Shown piece by piece: positions 1 to 10,241 of a stretch of DNA of 64,000 nucleotides. Below the pieces are notes generated by a model that had not been told where the DNA came from, ran no database searches, and saw only the letters and a list, made by a program, of their open reading frames with translations. Each line of letters opens with the position of its first letter. Position 1 is the stretch's first letter. The DNA comes from Spirochaetia bacterium (GTDB lineage Bacteria; Spirochaetota; Spirochaetia; UBA9216), in NCBI GenBank assembly GCA_963675665.1, contig OY776510.1, forward strand, positions 339,467-403,466. The letters run 5' to 3'. The position numbers and the translations under genes were made by a program.

Positions 1-151
1 CCAAGAGCCATGGATGGCGAGTATAAGGGATTGAAAAGCCGGGCTTTTCAATCCAAAACATAAAAAGGCATGAATGACTTTTTATGTTCGTCCTCATTAT
101 TATGCTTTGAGTATTTTAACATAAAATTTGTAATAATAGTCGAGGTTTTTA

Positions 152-1021
152 TTAACTTTTACGCGACGAGATTAAAAATATCGCAATGCCAATCCAGACT
201 GAAGCAAAACCGAAGATGTCAAAAACCGTCATATTTTCATGATATATAAAGATACCGAAGATAAGCATCATTGTAGGCGCAATAAACTGAAGAAAACCTA
301 TCCAGGTCAGCGGTATTCGCGTTGTTCCCTTGGCAAATAAAACAAGAGGAACAACCGTAATAATTCCTGTCGTAAAAAACATCAGTTTCATTCCCGGTCC
401 CGAAGAAAGGAAACTGGCTGTTCCGGCTATTTCAGTGAAAACAAGATAAAAAGCCGCAAGAGGAAGAAGGAGAAAACTTTCAATCGTCATGCCTACAATA
501 CTGCCGTCTGCACTCTTCTTCTTCATCAAGCCGTAAAATCCGAAACTGAACGCGAGGATTACCGATACAACCGGAAAACTGCCGACAAGCGCCGTTTTAA
601 GAATAACTCCAAAGGCGGCAAAACCGACGGCGGCCCACTGAAAACCGGTTAAATTCTCTTTCATAAAAACAAGTCCAAGAAATATGCTTACAAGGGGGTT
701 CAGATAATAACCCAGGCTTGCTTCAAGAACGCGGCCGTGGCTTATCGCCCAGACATAGGTATACCAGTTAAATCCAAGAAGGACCGTTCGCAGTATAATC
801 CAGCCCATCTGGCTGCGATCAGATAAAACTTTTTTGAATCTTGCGAAACCGCCTGTTATTCCCAGCATAAACAGCGACACAAAGAATGCCCAGAAAATTC
901 TGTGAGCAATAATTTCAAGCGAGCCGATTCCCGAAAAGAACTTCCAGTAAACAGGAGTGAAGCCCCACCAAAGGTAGGATGCGGCCGCATAAATAACCCC
1001 GGCAGTTCGTTTGTTTTCCAT
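152..1021 (-). CDS. rarD: EamA/RarD family permease (10-TM drug/metabolite transporter)
   Basis: 289 aa, highly hydrophobic. N-terminal AASYLWWGFTPVYWK motif is typical of RarD/EamA transporters. Confidence 0.7.
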   Translation of the reverse strand: MENKRTAGVIYAAASYLWWGFTPVYWKFFSGIGSLEIIAHRIFWAFFVSLFMLGITGGFARFKKVLSDRSQMGWIILRTVLLGFNWYTYVWAISHGRVLEASLGYYLNPLVSIFLGLVFMKENLTGFQWAAVGFAAFGVILKTALVGSFPVVSVILAFSFGFYGLMKKKSADGSIVGMTIESFLLLPLAAFYLVFTEIAGTASFLSSGPGMKLMFFTTGIITVVPLVLFAKGTTRIPLTWIGFLQFIAPTMMLIFGIFIYHENMTVFDIFGFASVWIGIAIFLISSRKS

Positions 1022-1241
1022 ATACTGATCGAGATTACTTTAGAATCGGGAAAATGACAACACAGCCGGGGGAAGATTACTCAATGATAACTATCCTACC
1101 CTGAGGTTGAGAATGGACAACCCCGGAGGTTTATTCTAAAAGATATTGATATCTTCAATTTGAAGATTGCCTTAATGTTTATTAAAAAGCAATATATTAA
1201 ATTGCAGATAGTTATTTTAAGAATATTGTGATTGTAATATT

Positions 1242-1892
1242 TTATATATTCTTGTTAAAATCTTCGAGAAATCCTAAAATGTTTTGTATGTGCTTTTTTA
1301 GACTTTCTTCCACACATCTTGCCTCACGGTTACGAATTAGATCTATTATCTCGATATGTTCCAAACGACTTTTATCGCTTCTTAGAAAAGAATATTCTTT
1401 CGTGTAATTTCTTATTCGATACACATGATCTGAAAAATTCGACAATATTGCTATCAGGTACTGGTTTCTACTGTTGTTTGCAATCAATCTGTGAAAATTA
1501 TTATCGATCGAAATATGTTCGTTTAATTCTATTTCATTGTTATAATCCGGGTTCTTCCATAAATCATAGTAGTAATCCAACTCTGTAAGATCGATATAGT
1601 TCGTTGCGAGTCGGGCTGCATACGGTTCTATAAGCAGACGAATTGAATAAAGATCCAGTATTTCGGTTTTATATATCGTTGTGGCAAATATCCCGCGCTT
1701 AGGAAAAAACTTGACGAGATTCTCATTTTCCAATCGAGTTAAAGCCTCTCTAATAGGAGTTCTTCCGATTCCGAGGTCCTCACCCAGTTCCTTATCCGAT
1801 ACAGGATCTCCAGGTTTTATAGTAAGATTTAGAAGTCTTTTTTTAATTTCATTATATGCAATTTCAGATAATTTCATCCTGTTTTTATTCAA
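1242..1892 (-). CDS. GntR family transcriptional regulator (N-terminal wHTH, C-terminal FCD)
   Basis: 216 aa. wHTH signature ...GRTPIREALTRLENENLV... followed by an all-helical FCD-like C-terminal domain. Confidence 0.8.
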   Translation of the reverse strand: MNKNRMKLSEIAYNEIKKRLLNLTIKPGDPVSDKELGEDLGIGRTPIREALTRLENENLVKFFPKRGIFATTIYKTEILDLYSIRLLIEPYAARLATNYIDLTELDYYYDLWKNPDYNNEIELNEHISIDNNFHRLIANNSRNQYLIAILSNFSDHVYRIRNYTKEYSFLRSDKSRLEHIEIIDLIRNREARCVEESLKKHIQNILGFLEDFNKNI

Positions 1893-2097
1893 GAATCTCC
1901 TTCTTCAAAATAAAGATCCGCATTCCATTGCTAAGTATATTTTACATGTTCACATCATTCTTGCCAATACATTTCGAAAGATACCCGTATTATCAATTTC
2001 AAGTAAAAAGTCAAGGCTTTTTTATATAACACTTTTTAATTATCAATCCTTTTTTCCCCAAGATTTATTAACATTGCCTACATTTGAAATAGTATTT

Positions 2098-3153
2098 TCA
2101 CAGCCTGACACTTGCGCCGACTCTCGAAGCCAGCGCATTCAATTCGTCTATAAAAGATTCTTGTAAAGTAATCCCTTCTATTCTTCTTTTAGCCGAAATT
2201 TCCGATTCCGGTTCCCCAGGCCATTTAACCGTAACTTCACTACAGTTCGACGGGGTTTCTTTAAGGATTTTCTTGAATTCATCTATACGTTTATAGAAGT
2301 CTTCCATTTCTATTAGAGCATCAATTTTAATAGCCATCATTAAATGAGCTGTAACACTCGGGTCTTTTGGATATTTATACATACCTTTCAGATGATGCAG
2401 GAATGCCCCACCAGTGAAAACACCGCATAAAATATCTATAATTAAAGCAAGACCAAATCCTTTATGCCCCGCTATCGGCAATAGATATCCCTTTACAGCC
2501 GCTGCAGGATCTGTTGTAGGAATACCGTCAACATCTGTCGCCCAGTCATCAGGAATAGATCCGCCCATTTTTTCCGCCAGGAGGATTTTACCCAAAGCAA
2601 CATTTGAAAGAGAAATATCAAGAACTATAGGATCTCCCGACCTGACAGGAACAGCTATAGCAAAGGGATTATTACCGATGATAGCTTTTGGAACTCCAGG
2701 GACCGTCATCAGTGGAGCAACATTTGTCATGCAGATACCTATCATCCCTTCTTCTACGGCCATACGTGCGAAAATCCCGGCTGCTCCGAAATGATTGCTG
2801 TTGATTGCCCCGCATAATCCAATTTGGAATTCCTTTGCAGTCTGAATCGCTTCCCGCATCCCCCTGTATCCGACAAGCATTCCCGGCGCATTATCACCGT
2901 CTATTAGCGATATGCCTCCATTCTTTTTTATAACCCGAACATTAGGTTCACAGTTCATCGCACCTGATAAAATACGTTCTAGATAGATAGGCAGTCTTAG
3001 TATTCCATGAGAATCAATTCCTAATAAATTCGCCGCAATTAGTTTATCCGCGATAATCTCTCCATTCTTTTTACTCATCCCCGCCGCTTTGAAAATCTCT
3101 GATGTGAATGCTATTAAATCTTCATATGATTTCTTTTTTGAACCTGTATTCAT
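2098..3153 (-). CDS. Ldh_2 family malate/L-lactate/sulfolactate-type NAD(P)H-dependent 2-oxoacid dehydrogenase
   Basis: Ldh_2 signatures (IDSHGILRLP, GHKGFGLALIIDILCG). The ORF track starts at 3243, but ATG at 3153 is preceded by AAAGGAG and matches family N-termini. Confidence 0.75.
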   Translation of the reverse strand: MNTGSKKKSYEDLIAFTSEIFKAAGMSKKNGEIIADKLIAANLLGIDSHGILRLPIYLERILSGAMNCEPNVRVIKKNGGISLIDGDNAPGMLVGYRGMREAIQTAKEFQIGLCGAINSNHFGAAGIFARMAVEEGMIGICMTNVAPLMTVPGVPKAIIGNNPFAIAVPVRSGDPIVLDISLSNVALGKILLAEKMGGSIPDDWATDVDGIPTTDPAAAVKGYLLPIAGHKGFGLALIIDILCGVFTGGAFLHHLKGMYKYPKDPSVTAHLMMAIKIDALIEMEDFYKRIDEFKKILKETPSNCSEVTVKWPGEPESEISAKRRIEGITLQESFIDELNALASRVGASVRL

Positions 3154-3291
3154 TAATTTCTCCTTTTTTTCTTTTGCGTACAATTCAGCCCGCATTTCGG
3201 ATTCTCGATACGCTTCCTGTTTAGTCCATATATTTCTTTTCACGTGAAAATATTCGATGTTTTGACATCTTCTTTTTTTACGATATTATAA

Positions 3292-5238
3292 TTAAGGTAA
3301 AACTTCTTGTTGCCGTGTCTTTATGGTTTTTTTCAGATTAATGATCACACAAATTACGAGTATCACCAATCCTGCAATATCCGTTTTGTAGCCGGGGATA
3401 ACCAGAAATAACCCTCCTGCCAATGACATGATTCTCTCATAGACAGTCTGTTTAGAAAAAAGGAATCCGGTTAATGCGGACGCAATCGTTATGACTCCGA
3501 TTACCGCAGTTGGAATATTAAGCAAAACCCAGAGGAACCCTCTATCAAACATAATAAATGAAGGTTTAAAAGCAAAAATAAAAGGGACAACAAATGCAGC
3601 AACAGCTAATCGCGTTGACTGTATTCCTGTTTTAATAGGTTCACCTTTTGCTATTCCTGCTCCCGCCACAGCGGCCAAACATACTGGAGGAGTAATATCA
3701 GCAATTATCCCGAAATAGAATGCAAACATGTGGGAAACCAGAATAGGCACACCGAGTAATAATAATGCCGGAGCTGCTATTGTTGATGTGATGACATAAT
3801 TTGCAGTTGTCGGGACTCCCATTCCAAGGATTATCGAAGCAATCATTGTAAAGAACAATGTCAGAAAAAGATTACCGTGAGCAATGCTTACCAAAGCCGA
3901 TCCAAGTTTCAGACCTACCCCGGTTTGAGTAATAACCCCAATAATAATTCCGGCACATGCACATGCTGCAAGTACACCCAGAGTATTCAATGCGCCGACT
4001 CTGAGGCATTCTATAATATCCCGTAGCGTTAGGCGTGTACTTTTCCTGAATTGTGAACAAATTATTGTGATGATAATGGCAAATAATCCTGCTTTAATTG
4101 GAGTATATCCCATTACCAAAATTACTATGATTGCAATGATGGGTATCAGCAGGTGCCCTCTCTCTTTTAGCGTTTCCTTTATTTTAGGCAATTCATCTTT
4201 TCGCATTCCACGAAGTTTCAGTTTTTTTGCTTCAAAATGAACACCTGCCCAAAGACCCAAATAATAAAGCAACGCCGGAATGAACGCCGTTACCGCTACT
4301 TTAAGGTATGGTGTGTTTGTAAACTCAGCTATTAGAAACGCAGCCGCACCCATGATAGGAGGCATAATCTGCCCTCCCGTAGAAGCTGCCGCTTCTACAG
4401 CACCAGCAAACTCCGGAGAATATCCCAGCCGCTTCATCATCGGGATCGTAAAACTTCCTGTACCTACAACATTAGCCGTTGTACTGCCGGTAATTGTACC
4501 CATAAATCCACTAGCCATTACAGAAACTTTTGCCGGACCTCCAGTCGCAGAGCCGGCTATTGAGTTTGCCAGATCTATGAATAGTTGACCCATGCCGGAT
4601 TTTTCCAGAAAAGCACCGAACAGAATAAATAAAAAAACGAATGTTGCCGAAACGGAAATGGGTATCCCCATAATTCCTTCAAGAGTAAAAAATTGGTGCT
4701 GTATCAGATTTATTAGCGATAACCCCTTGTGAGCTATCGCCTTTGGAAAGTATCTTCCGAAAAGACCATAAAAAATAAATAGAAGTGCCAATATTATCAT
4801 TGGCCAACCGACTACGCGTCTTGTAATTTCCAATACAAGGATAATCGCAATTATTCCGACAATCATATCAATATATGTTATACTGCCTGCCCTTCTTACG
4901 ATATTTTCAAAGTTAAATACGATGTACATCGGAACAGCTGCGCTTATAGTTGCCAGGGTTATATCCAACACATGAATTTTTTTCAGATTCCCTTTTTTAC
5001 TTCCTGGAAAAATTAAAAAAATAAGCATAAAGCCGAATGAAAGATGAATACACCGAATAATCATAGTCTCCAGAGTATAAAAAGCGTTTACATAGATTTC
5101 AAAAACTGAAAAAAGAATAGCAATAATCGCAACTATTTTATAGGAAACTCCCGTCAGTTCTCGACGGTTAGATTCCTTATCAACAGAGCGAAGCACCTCC
5201 TCAGTACTCATGTCTTGTATCTTTCTTTTAGCAAACAA
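3292..5238 (-). CDS. TRAP transporter fused permease subunit (TAXI-type, DctQ-DctM fusion)
   Basis: 648 aa polytopic membrane protein. Size and architecture are typical of fused 4TM/12TM TRAP permeases; the partner TAXI solute-binding gene lies upstream. Confidence 0.75.
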   Translation of the reverse strand: MFAKRKIQDMSTEEVLRSVDKESNRRELTGVSYKIVAIIAILFSVFEIYVNAFYTLETMIIRCIHLSFGFMLIFLIFPGSKKGNLKKIHVLDITLATISAAVPMYIVFNFENIVRRAGSITYIDMIVGIIAIILVLEITRRVVGWPMIILALLFIFYGLFGRYFPKAIAHKGLSLINLIQHQFFTLEGIMGIPISVSATFVFLFILFGAFLEKSGMGQLFIDLANSIAGSATGGPAKVSVMASGFMGTITGSTTANVVGTGSFTIPMMKRLGYSPEFAGAVEAAASTGGQIMPPIMGAAAFLIAEFTNTPYLKVAVTAFIPALLYYLGLWAGVHFEAKKLKLRGMRKDELPKIKETLKERGHLLIPIIAIIVILVMGYTPIKAGLFAIIITIICSQFRKSTRLTLRDIIECLRVGALNTLGVLAACACAGIIIGVITQTGVGLKLGSALVSIAHGNLFLTLFFTMIASIILGMGVPTTANYVITSTIAAPALLLLGVPILVSHMFAFYFGIIADITPPVCLAAVAGAGIAKGEPIKTGIQSTRLAVAAFVVPFIFAFKPSFIMFDRGFLWVLLNIPTAVIGVITIASALTGFLFSKQTVYERIMSLAGGLFLVIPGYKTDIAGLVILVICVIINLKKTIKTRQQEVLP

Positions 5239-5386
5239 GGCTTCCTCCTCATATATGACTTATATATATCTTATATATAAGTCATATATTTGTCAAGTTT
5301 TTTCTTTTATACAAATACTTAAATTCAAAAATGACTCGTATTAGAGTATCATAATAACATTTAAAAAATAATTTTAGATTTTATAT

Positions 5387-6661
5387 CATAGCTGTCCAAA
5401 ACAATCATAACAGCTCCATTTGAAGTTTTAAGCCTGGCTCATTTCTGCCGGGCGGCGGTAGTTTATTCAGAATATTCCAGAGATCTTTTCTGGTCGTCAG
5501 GATTGATGGAAGCAATTTCATAAGCGAATAATGAGTCCATCCACCGGAAGATAACATCTTCAGATATTGCAGCATCAGATGAGTTATCAATGCTATCCAG
5601 ATCTGAGTCATTACTGCATTTTTCGTCGTTCCAAAAAACTTCTTTATTTTCAGGTTCTGTTTGATTGTTTTGAAGAATATTTCTATCTGCCATCTGTCCT
5701 TATAGACAGCAGCAACTGTTGTAGGTGCCCAATCAAGCTGATTTGTAAGAATTACAATATATTTTCCTGTTTCCGGATCTTTTATTCTAATTCGCCGTAA
5801 TTGGAGTGGACACTTCTTGCTGGTGTAGTATCCTCGCATTTCAATTATTTGATCTGATGAAATATTTTCATATTTTGAAACATTATTTCTTTGAAAAACT
5901 TTATAATCTGCATTCTTTTTCATACGAGTAATAAAATAAATGCCTGCAATACAATAACTTGCAAATAATTTGAAATCTGTATAGGCCCGATCGAATGCAA
6001 CTACATCACCTTTATTGAATTTCATTTTCTTGAGTGAATTAAGCTCATGGGTTTGAGCTGTTGTAACAGATACAAAGTCCGGAATATATCCGCTGTGATC
6101 AAGTTTTACATTAAGTTTGATTCCGCCTTTATTCTTTCTAAACTTCGCCCATGGAAATACTGACAGGCATAAATCGATGGTTGTCGCATCAACACTGTAC
6201 AGCGGATTTTTAAATCTATGCTTATGAGACCTTTTCATTTTAAGGATCTTTGTCAGCAGGTTATTGAATACATTTTCATAAATTTCTGAGGGTCTGTTGT
6301 TATTTGCATAGGAAAGTGTTGAGCGTTTAATCTTTTTTACCCCCAAATGATAAAGCATGTTTTTAATCGAATCCAATGCTGTTTCTATGCCTCTAAGTCC
6401 GGTCTGTCCTGTAAATTGGGCAAACAGCATTGAAACAAATTGTTCCCAACAGGAGAATCCTTTTGAAGCAAAATCTCCTTTATACTTTCTGACAGATCTT
6501 TCAAATTCATGTCTCGGAATGATTTGAAGTATCTGATTTAAAATGCTATTCTTATAACTCATTGCCTGTTTTCCTTCCGTTGTAATGATTTAAGCTTGCC
6601 CGCTCAATTCATTATAACCAGGGATTCAGGCTATTAATAGTCCTTATTTTGGACAGCTATG
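5387..6661 (-). mobile_element. Intact IS4-family insertion sequence (1275 bp)
   Basis: Terminal inverted repeats CATAGCTGTCCAAAAC (5387-5402) and its reverse complement (6646-6661) match 15/16. They are flanked by the 9-bp direct repeat ATTTTATAT (5378-5386 and 6662-6670). The element carries a single DDE transposase ORF. Confidence 0.85.
5405..6562 (-). CDS. IS4-family DDE transposase
   Basis: 385 aa. N-terminal DUF4372-like region (ILNQILQIIPRHEFERSVRKYKGD) and a C-terminal DDE_Tnp_1 domain, typical of IS4/IS1634-type transposases. Confidence 0.85.
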   Translation of the reverse strand: MSYKNSILNQILQIIPRHEFERSVRKYKGDFASKGFSCWEQFVSMLFAQFTGQTGLRGIETALDSIKNMLYHLGVKKIKRSTLSYANNNRPSEIYENVFNNLLTKILKMKRSHKHRFKNPLYSVDATTIDLCLSVFPWAKFRKNKGGIKLNVKLDHSGYIPDFVSVTTAQTHELNSLKKMKFNKGDVVAFDRAYTDFKLFASYCIAGIYFITRMKKNADYKVFQRNNVSKYENISSDQIIEMRGYYTSKKCPLQLRRIRIKDPETGKYIVILTNQLDWAPTTVAAVYKDRWQIEIFFKTIKQNLKIKKFFGTTKNAVMTQIWIALITHLMLQYLKMLSSGGWTHYSLMKLLPSILTTRKDLWNILNKLPPPGRNEPGLKLQMELL

Positions 6662-6697
6662 ATTTTATATTAAAAAAGCCACACAAACCGCGCGCTT

Positions 6698-7153
6698 CTA
6701 TTTCATAGAAATCGCAATTAATTCACCCGGCATGAAATAATCTAACAAATAAAATTCATTTCCGCCTACGACCAGTTTATGTTTTGGAATATCAATAACA
6801 GGAAGACGTATCAAATAATTTTCGAAAACAATATTCGTATTATTAATACATTTCCCATCTCGAAAAGAAATAATATTCTCCGATGATGAATAACTTGCCA
6901 TCCCTGATCCATATGAGGAATATTCTGTTTCTGATAAAATAATCGTATTATCGTTATTTATAACTAATTTTTCTGTTACTTCCGATATAGTGACTGAGTT
7001 TATATAGATATGATAGAAGCTTTCGCCCTCAATTTTAATTTCTAACGTCTTTCCATTCTCATTCCGTATACAGATATTTTTCTGAGCATCCAAACTCGAA
7101 CAGGAAAAATAAAGTATTGCAAAAATAAAAATTAATAAAATTCTTCTATTCAT
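6698..7153 (-). CDS. hypothetical lipoprotein
   Basis: 151 aa. Signal peptide with lipobox-like LYFSCSS; no recognisable domain. Confidence 0.45.
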   Translation of the reverse strand: MNRRILLIFIFAILYFSCSSLDAQKNICIRNENGKTLEIKIEGESFYHIYINSVTISEVTEKLVINNDNTIILSETEYSSYGSGMASYSSSENIISFRDGKCINNTNIVFENYLIRLPVIDIPKHKLVVGGNEFYLLDYFMPGELIAISMK

Positions 7154-7224
7154 AAAACACTACAATCACTACCAATACGGGTACAAAATAATTTTGTACC
7201 CGTATAATTATATCATTTCCCTAA

Positions 7225-8184
7225 TTACTTCAGGATTCCAACTTCTTTGAAGTATCTGGCCGCACCGGGATGAAGGTCGACCGGCATCCCCTTGAGAGCG
7301 TTCTCTAAAGTAATCTGACTTCCAACCGCATGAGAAGCCTTGACCCGATCCAGATTTTCGAATATTGCTTTTACCAATTTATAAGCCACTTCTTCATCCA
7401 TACTCTTATCAACGCAGAGCATGGCCTTTACGCTTATCATTTCAACATCTTCTGTTTGTCCTCTATATGTATTAGCAGGCAGTACATATTCAGCAAAGAA
7501 AGGATATTCTTTGATAACTTGATCTCTTAATTCGCCATCGATAGGGACAACATGCAATTCATGTTGAGCAGCAATATCCTGCATAATAGCAGCAGGAGCG
7601 CCTATAGTATTCATGAATGCATCAATTACCCCGTCTTTCAATGCAGCTGCTGCATCGGTATGCTGAAGAGTATACTTCTTAATATCTTCATCGATATCCA
7701 TTCCAGCCACTCTGAAAAGTTGTTTACAGTTTTCAGTGATTATACTGCCAATTCCACCAACCGAAACCCTTTTACCTCTTAAATCATATATTGAATTGAT
7801 ATTTTTATCCAAGGTTACTACATGAAAAGGTTCTACATGCATTGTAAAAAGCCCTCTCACATCTTCATATTTGTTGATTCCCGCTTTTCCTTGTACCGCA
7901 TAGAATACAGCATCATTCTGATTCAAGCTGGCTTCAATTTGGCCTTCTTTCATAAGATTCAGATTGGCAACTGAACATCCAGTACTTTGTGCGGTTGCGT
8001 TGATTCCTTCTATACTTGTATTCCAAATATCCGCAAACCCTCCGCCGATTGGGAAATACGTACCTGATGTTCCGCATGTCCCGAGATTGATGAAAACAAC
8101 ATCATCCTGCTGTCCGGTAGAATGAACATACCCGATAAAAAGCATGAACATTAATGCCAAACATAATAAAAACCTCTTTTTCAT
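7225..8184 (-). CDS. TRAP transporter solute-binding subunit, TAXI family
   Basis: 319 aa with signal peptide. TAXI/Imp-like signature ...VFINLGTCGTSGTYFPIGGG... Confidence 0.8.
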   Translation of the reverse strand: MKKRFLLCLALMFMLFIGYVHSTGQQDDVVFINLGTCGTSGTYFPIGGGFADIWNTSIEGINATAQSTGCSVANLNLMKEGQIEASLNQNDAVFYAVQGKAGINKYEDVRGLFTMHVEPFHVVTLDKNINSIYDLRGKRVSVGGIGSIITENCKQLFRVAGMDIDEDIKKYTLQHTDAAAALKDGVIDAFMNTIGAPAAIMQDIAAQHELHVVPIDGELRDQVIKEYPFFAEYVLPANTYRGQTEDVEMISVKAMLCVDKSMDEEVAYKLVKAIFENLDRVKASHAVGSQITLENALKGMPVDLHPGAARYFKEVGILK

Positions 8185-8315
8185 TTTCCATCTCCTAATT
8201 AATATATTTTGGTATTACCAGATACCATATTATAACTTAAGAATATTTTCTTGACAAGTTCTTTATCAAACAGAAAAAACTCATTAACGCTGCCTTGAAG
8301 ATCCCTTATCACAAC

Positions 8316-9707
8316 CTATTTTAAAAGTTTGTCAGAAGCTGCGTTTAACCCTTCTTTCAGGATTTTTATCAAATTTAAAATCTCTTCTTCCGTAACATTT
8401 AAAGGTGGCGCGATCAACAGGTTATCTCCTCCAGCCCCCCTGTTTACCATACCCATATACGGATACACTATTAGTCCCCTTTCAGCACACTCTTGTGTTA
8501 CTACAGATGAAGCTTTTACTGAAATTGGAAATGTCTCTTTTGTCGAAGCATCAGCCACAATTTCTATTCCATACATCAAACCAATCCCACGAATATCACC
8601 AACGATTGGAATACTTTTTAGTTTTGAAAGTTCTTTGTTCAGTAATTGTCCCTGCACTTCAACATTCTCAATAATTTTATTAGCTCTAATGTACTTTACA
8701 ACTTCAACTATAGCTGCAGCCGTTACTGGATTCGCATTGTATGTGTGCCCATGCATAAAATGCCCACTTCCGATTTTAATTGCATTCATTATTTCATCAC
8801 GTATAATAACACCTCCGGCAGGCGAATATCCCGCTGTTATTCCTTTAGCAGAAGTGATAATGTCGGGAACAATATCCCAATGATTTACACAGAACTCTTT
8901 ACCTGTCCGTCCCATTCCTGTCATAATCTCGTCTGCAATCAGAAGAATATCGTTCTCAGTGCATATTTTTCTAACCAGTGGCCAGTATTCATCCGGAGGC
9001 CTTAAAGCACCGACAGCCGACCCTACAACAGGTTCGGCTATGAATGCTGCAATATTTTCTGACCCATAAGAGTTTATTGTTTTCTGAAGTTCCTCGGCAC
9101 ACATCAAATTACAGCCTGGATATTCTTTTTCATAAGGACATCTATAACAATAATGTTCAGGTATCTTCGGATGATCCATAAACATTGGAGAAAATATTTT
9201 TCTTCTGGGGATATTCCCGCTTACTGCCATACAGCCTATTGTTGAACCGTGATACGAATTCCATCTTCCTATAATCAGACGTTTTCCATATGACATTTTA
9301 TCCCGCTCACAGTAATATTGTCTTGCCAATTTTATAGCTGACTCAATCGCCTCACTCCCCCCACTTACAAACCATATATGATTCATGCCATCGGGAGCAA
9401 ATTCCGCTAACAGACTCGCCGCTTCTTCAGTCTTCTTGTTTCTCCATCTTGACGGATGAGCAAAGTTTATAGTTTTTAGTTGTTCATACATTGCTTCAAT
9501 AATTTCCGAAACGCCATAACCCAGATTGTTTACAAGAGCTCCGCTACATCCATCGAAATACCTTTTACCGTCTTCATCAATAATATATTTTCCTTCAGCA
9601 CGTATTGCCAATTTTATATCTGCGTTGTAGTTGCGCGGTATGTTCTGCCCTTTTTCTTTCAAATTAAACTCCTTAATCGTGTTTTTGGTATTACCGGATA
9701 CAATCAT
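8316..9707 (-). CDS. class III (omega/acetylornithine-type) PLP-dependent aminotransferase
   Basis: Aminotran_3 fold motifs (GCSGALVNNLGYG, DEIMTGMGRTG, PLP-lysine region TSAKGITAGY). Start uncertain between 9707 and 9740. Confidence 0.8.
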   Translation of the reverse strand: MIVSGNTKNTIKEFNLKEKGQNIPRNYNADIKLAIRAEGKYIIDEDGKRYFDGCSGALVNNLGYGVSEIIEAMYEQLKTINFAHPSRWRNKKTEEAASLLAEFAPDGMNHIWFVSGGSEAIESAIKLARQYYCERDKMSYGKRLIIGRWNSYHGSTIGCMAVSGNIPRRKIFSPMFMDHPKIPEHYCYRCPYEKEYPGCNLMCAEELQKTINSYGSENIAAFIAEPVVGSAVGALRPPDEYWPLVRKICTENDILLIADEIMTGMGRTGKEFCVNHWDIVPDIITSAKGITAGYSPAGGVIIRDEIMNAIKIGSGHFMHGHTYNANPVTAAAIVEVVKYIRANKIIENVEVQGQLLNKELSKLKSIPIVGDIRGIGLMYGIEIVADASTKETFPISVKASSVVTQECAERGLIVYPYMGMVNRGAGGDNLLIAPPLNVTEEEILNLIKILKEGLNAASDKLLK

Positions 9708-10241
9708 ACTACAATGCTTACATTTTATCAAGAAAAACATTATAAGATTTCACATAACTATAAAAAGTTTCAAATGCTGGGCAGGTCACTTATTTTCAGG
9801 ATGCAGCCTTATAGCATAAACCTAAATGAAATTATTTGTTTTTTTAAAAAAAGCATAAGAATTTCTACTTTTTGCAATCATTTCAACTCATTTAATGAAA
9901 ATGATCTTATCGTCCTTAGATAATTCAAAAAGAGTGTATGCAAACACATTAATGACGAATAAAGGGACATTAAAATATCTTCCGGGAAACATTTTGAAAT
10001 CAGGGTAGTGCCAAGTTTTTACATCTGAGAGAAATAAACTTTATAAAAAAAGTAACCCCGTTTTAAAAAGTTTTGACTGATAATGAAGCAAGCCTGCCGG
10101 ACAGCTCTTGCCCGGATTAACAAAGTGCCGGGTTTTTTATGATCTTCCTTGAAGAACAATCTGAAAATTATAAGTAACCAAAAGGAGCTCAATCAGCTGA
10201 CATAACTAGTTTTTTAAATTGTTATTAAATTTAAAATATAT

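Noticed and set aside
1-63. Possible 3' end of a plus-strand gene (frame ending TAA at 61-63) with a GAAAAGCCGGGCTTTTC palindrome
   Set aside because: Too short to assign; no homology can be judged from 20 codons.
1319-2166. Plus-strand ORFs 1319-1588 and 1681-2166
   Set aside because: They are antisense shadows of the GntR gene and its promoter region, with low-complexity translations and no RBS.
5463-5800. Small ORFs within the IS element downstream of and overlapping the transposase 3' end
   Set aside because: They lie inside the IS between the transposase stop and the right IR, have no homology, and overlap in alternative frames.
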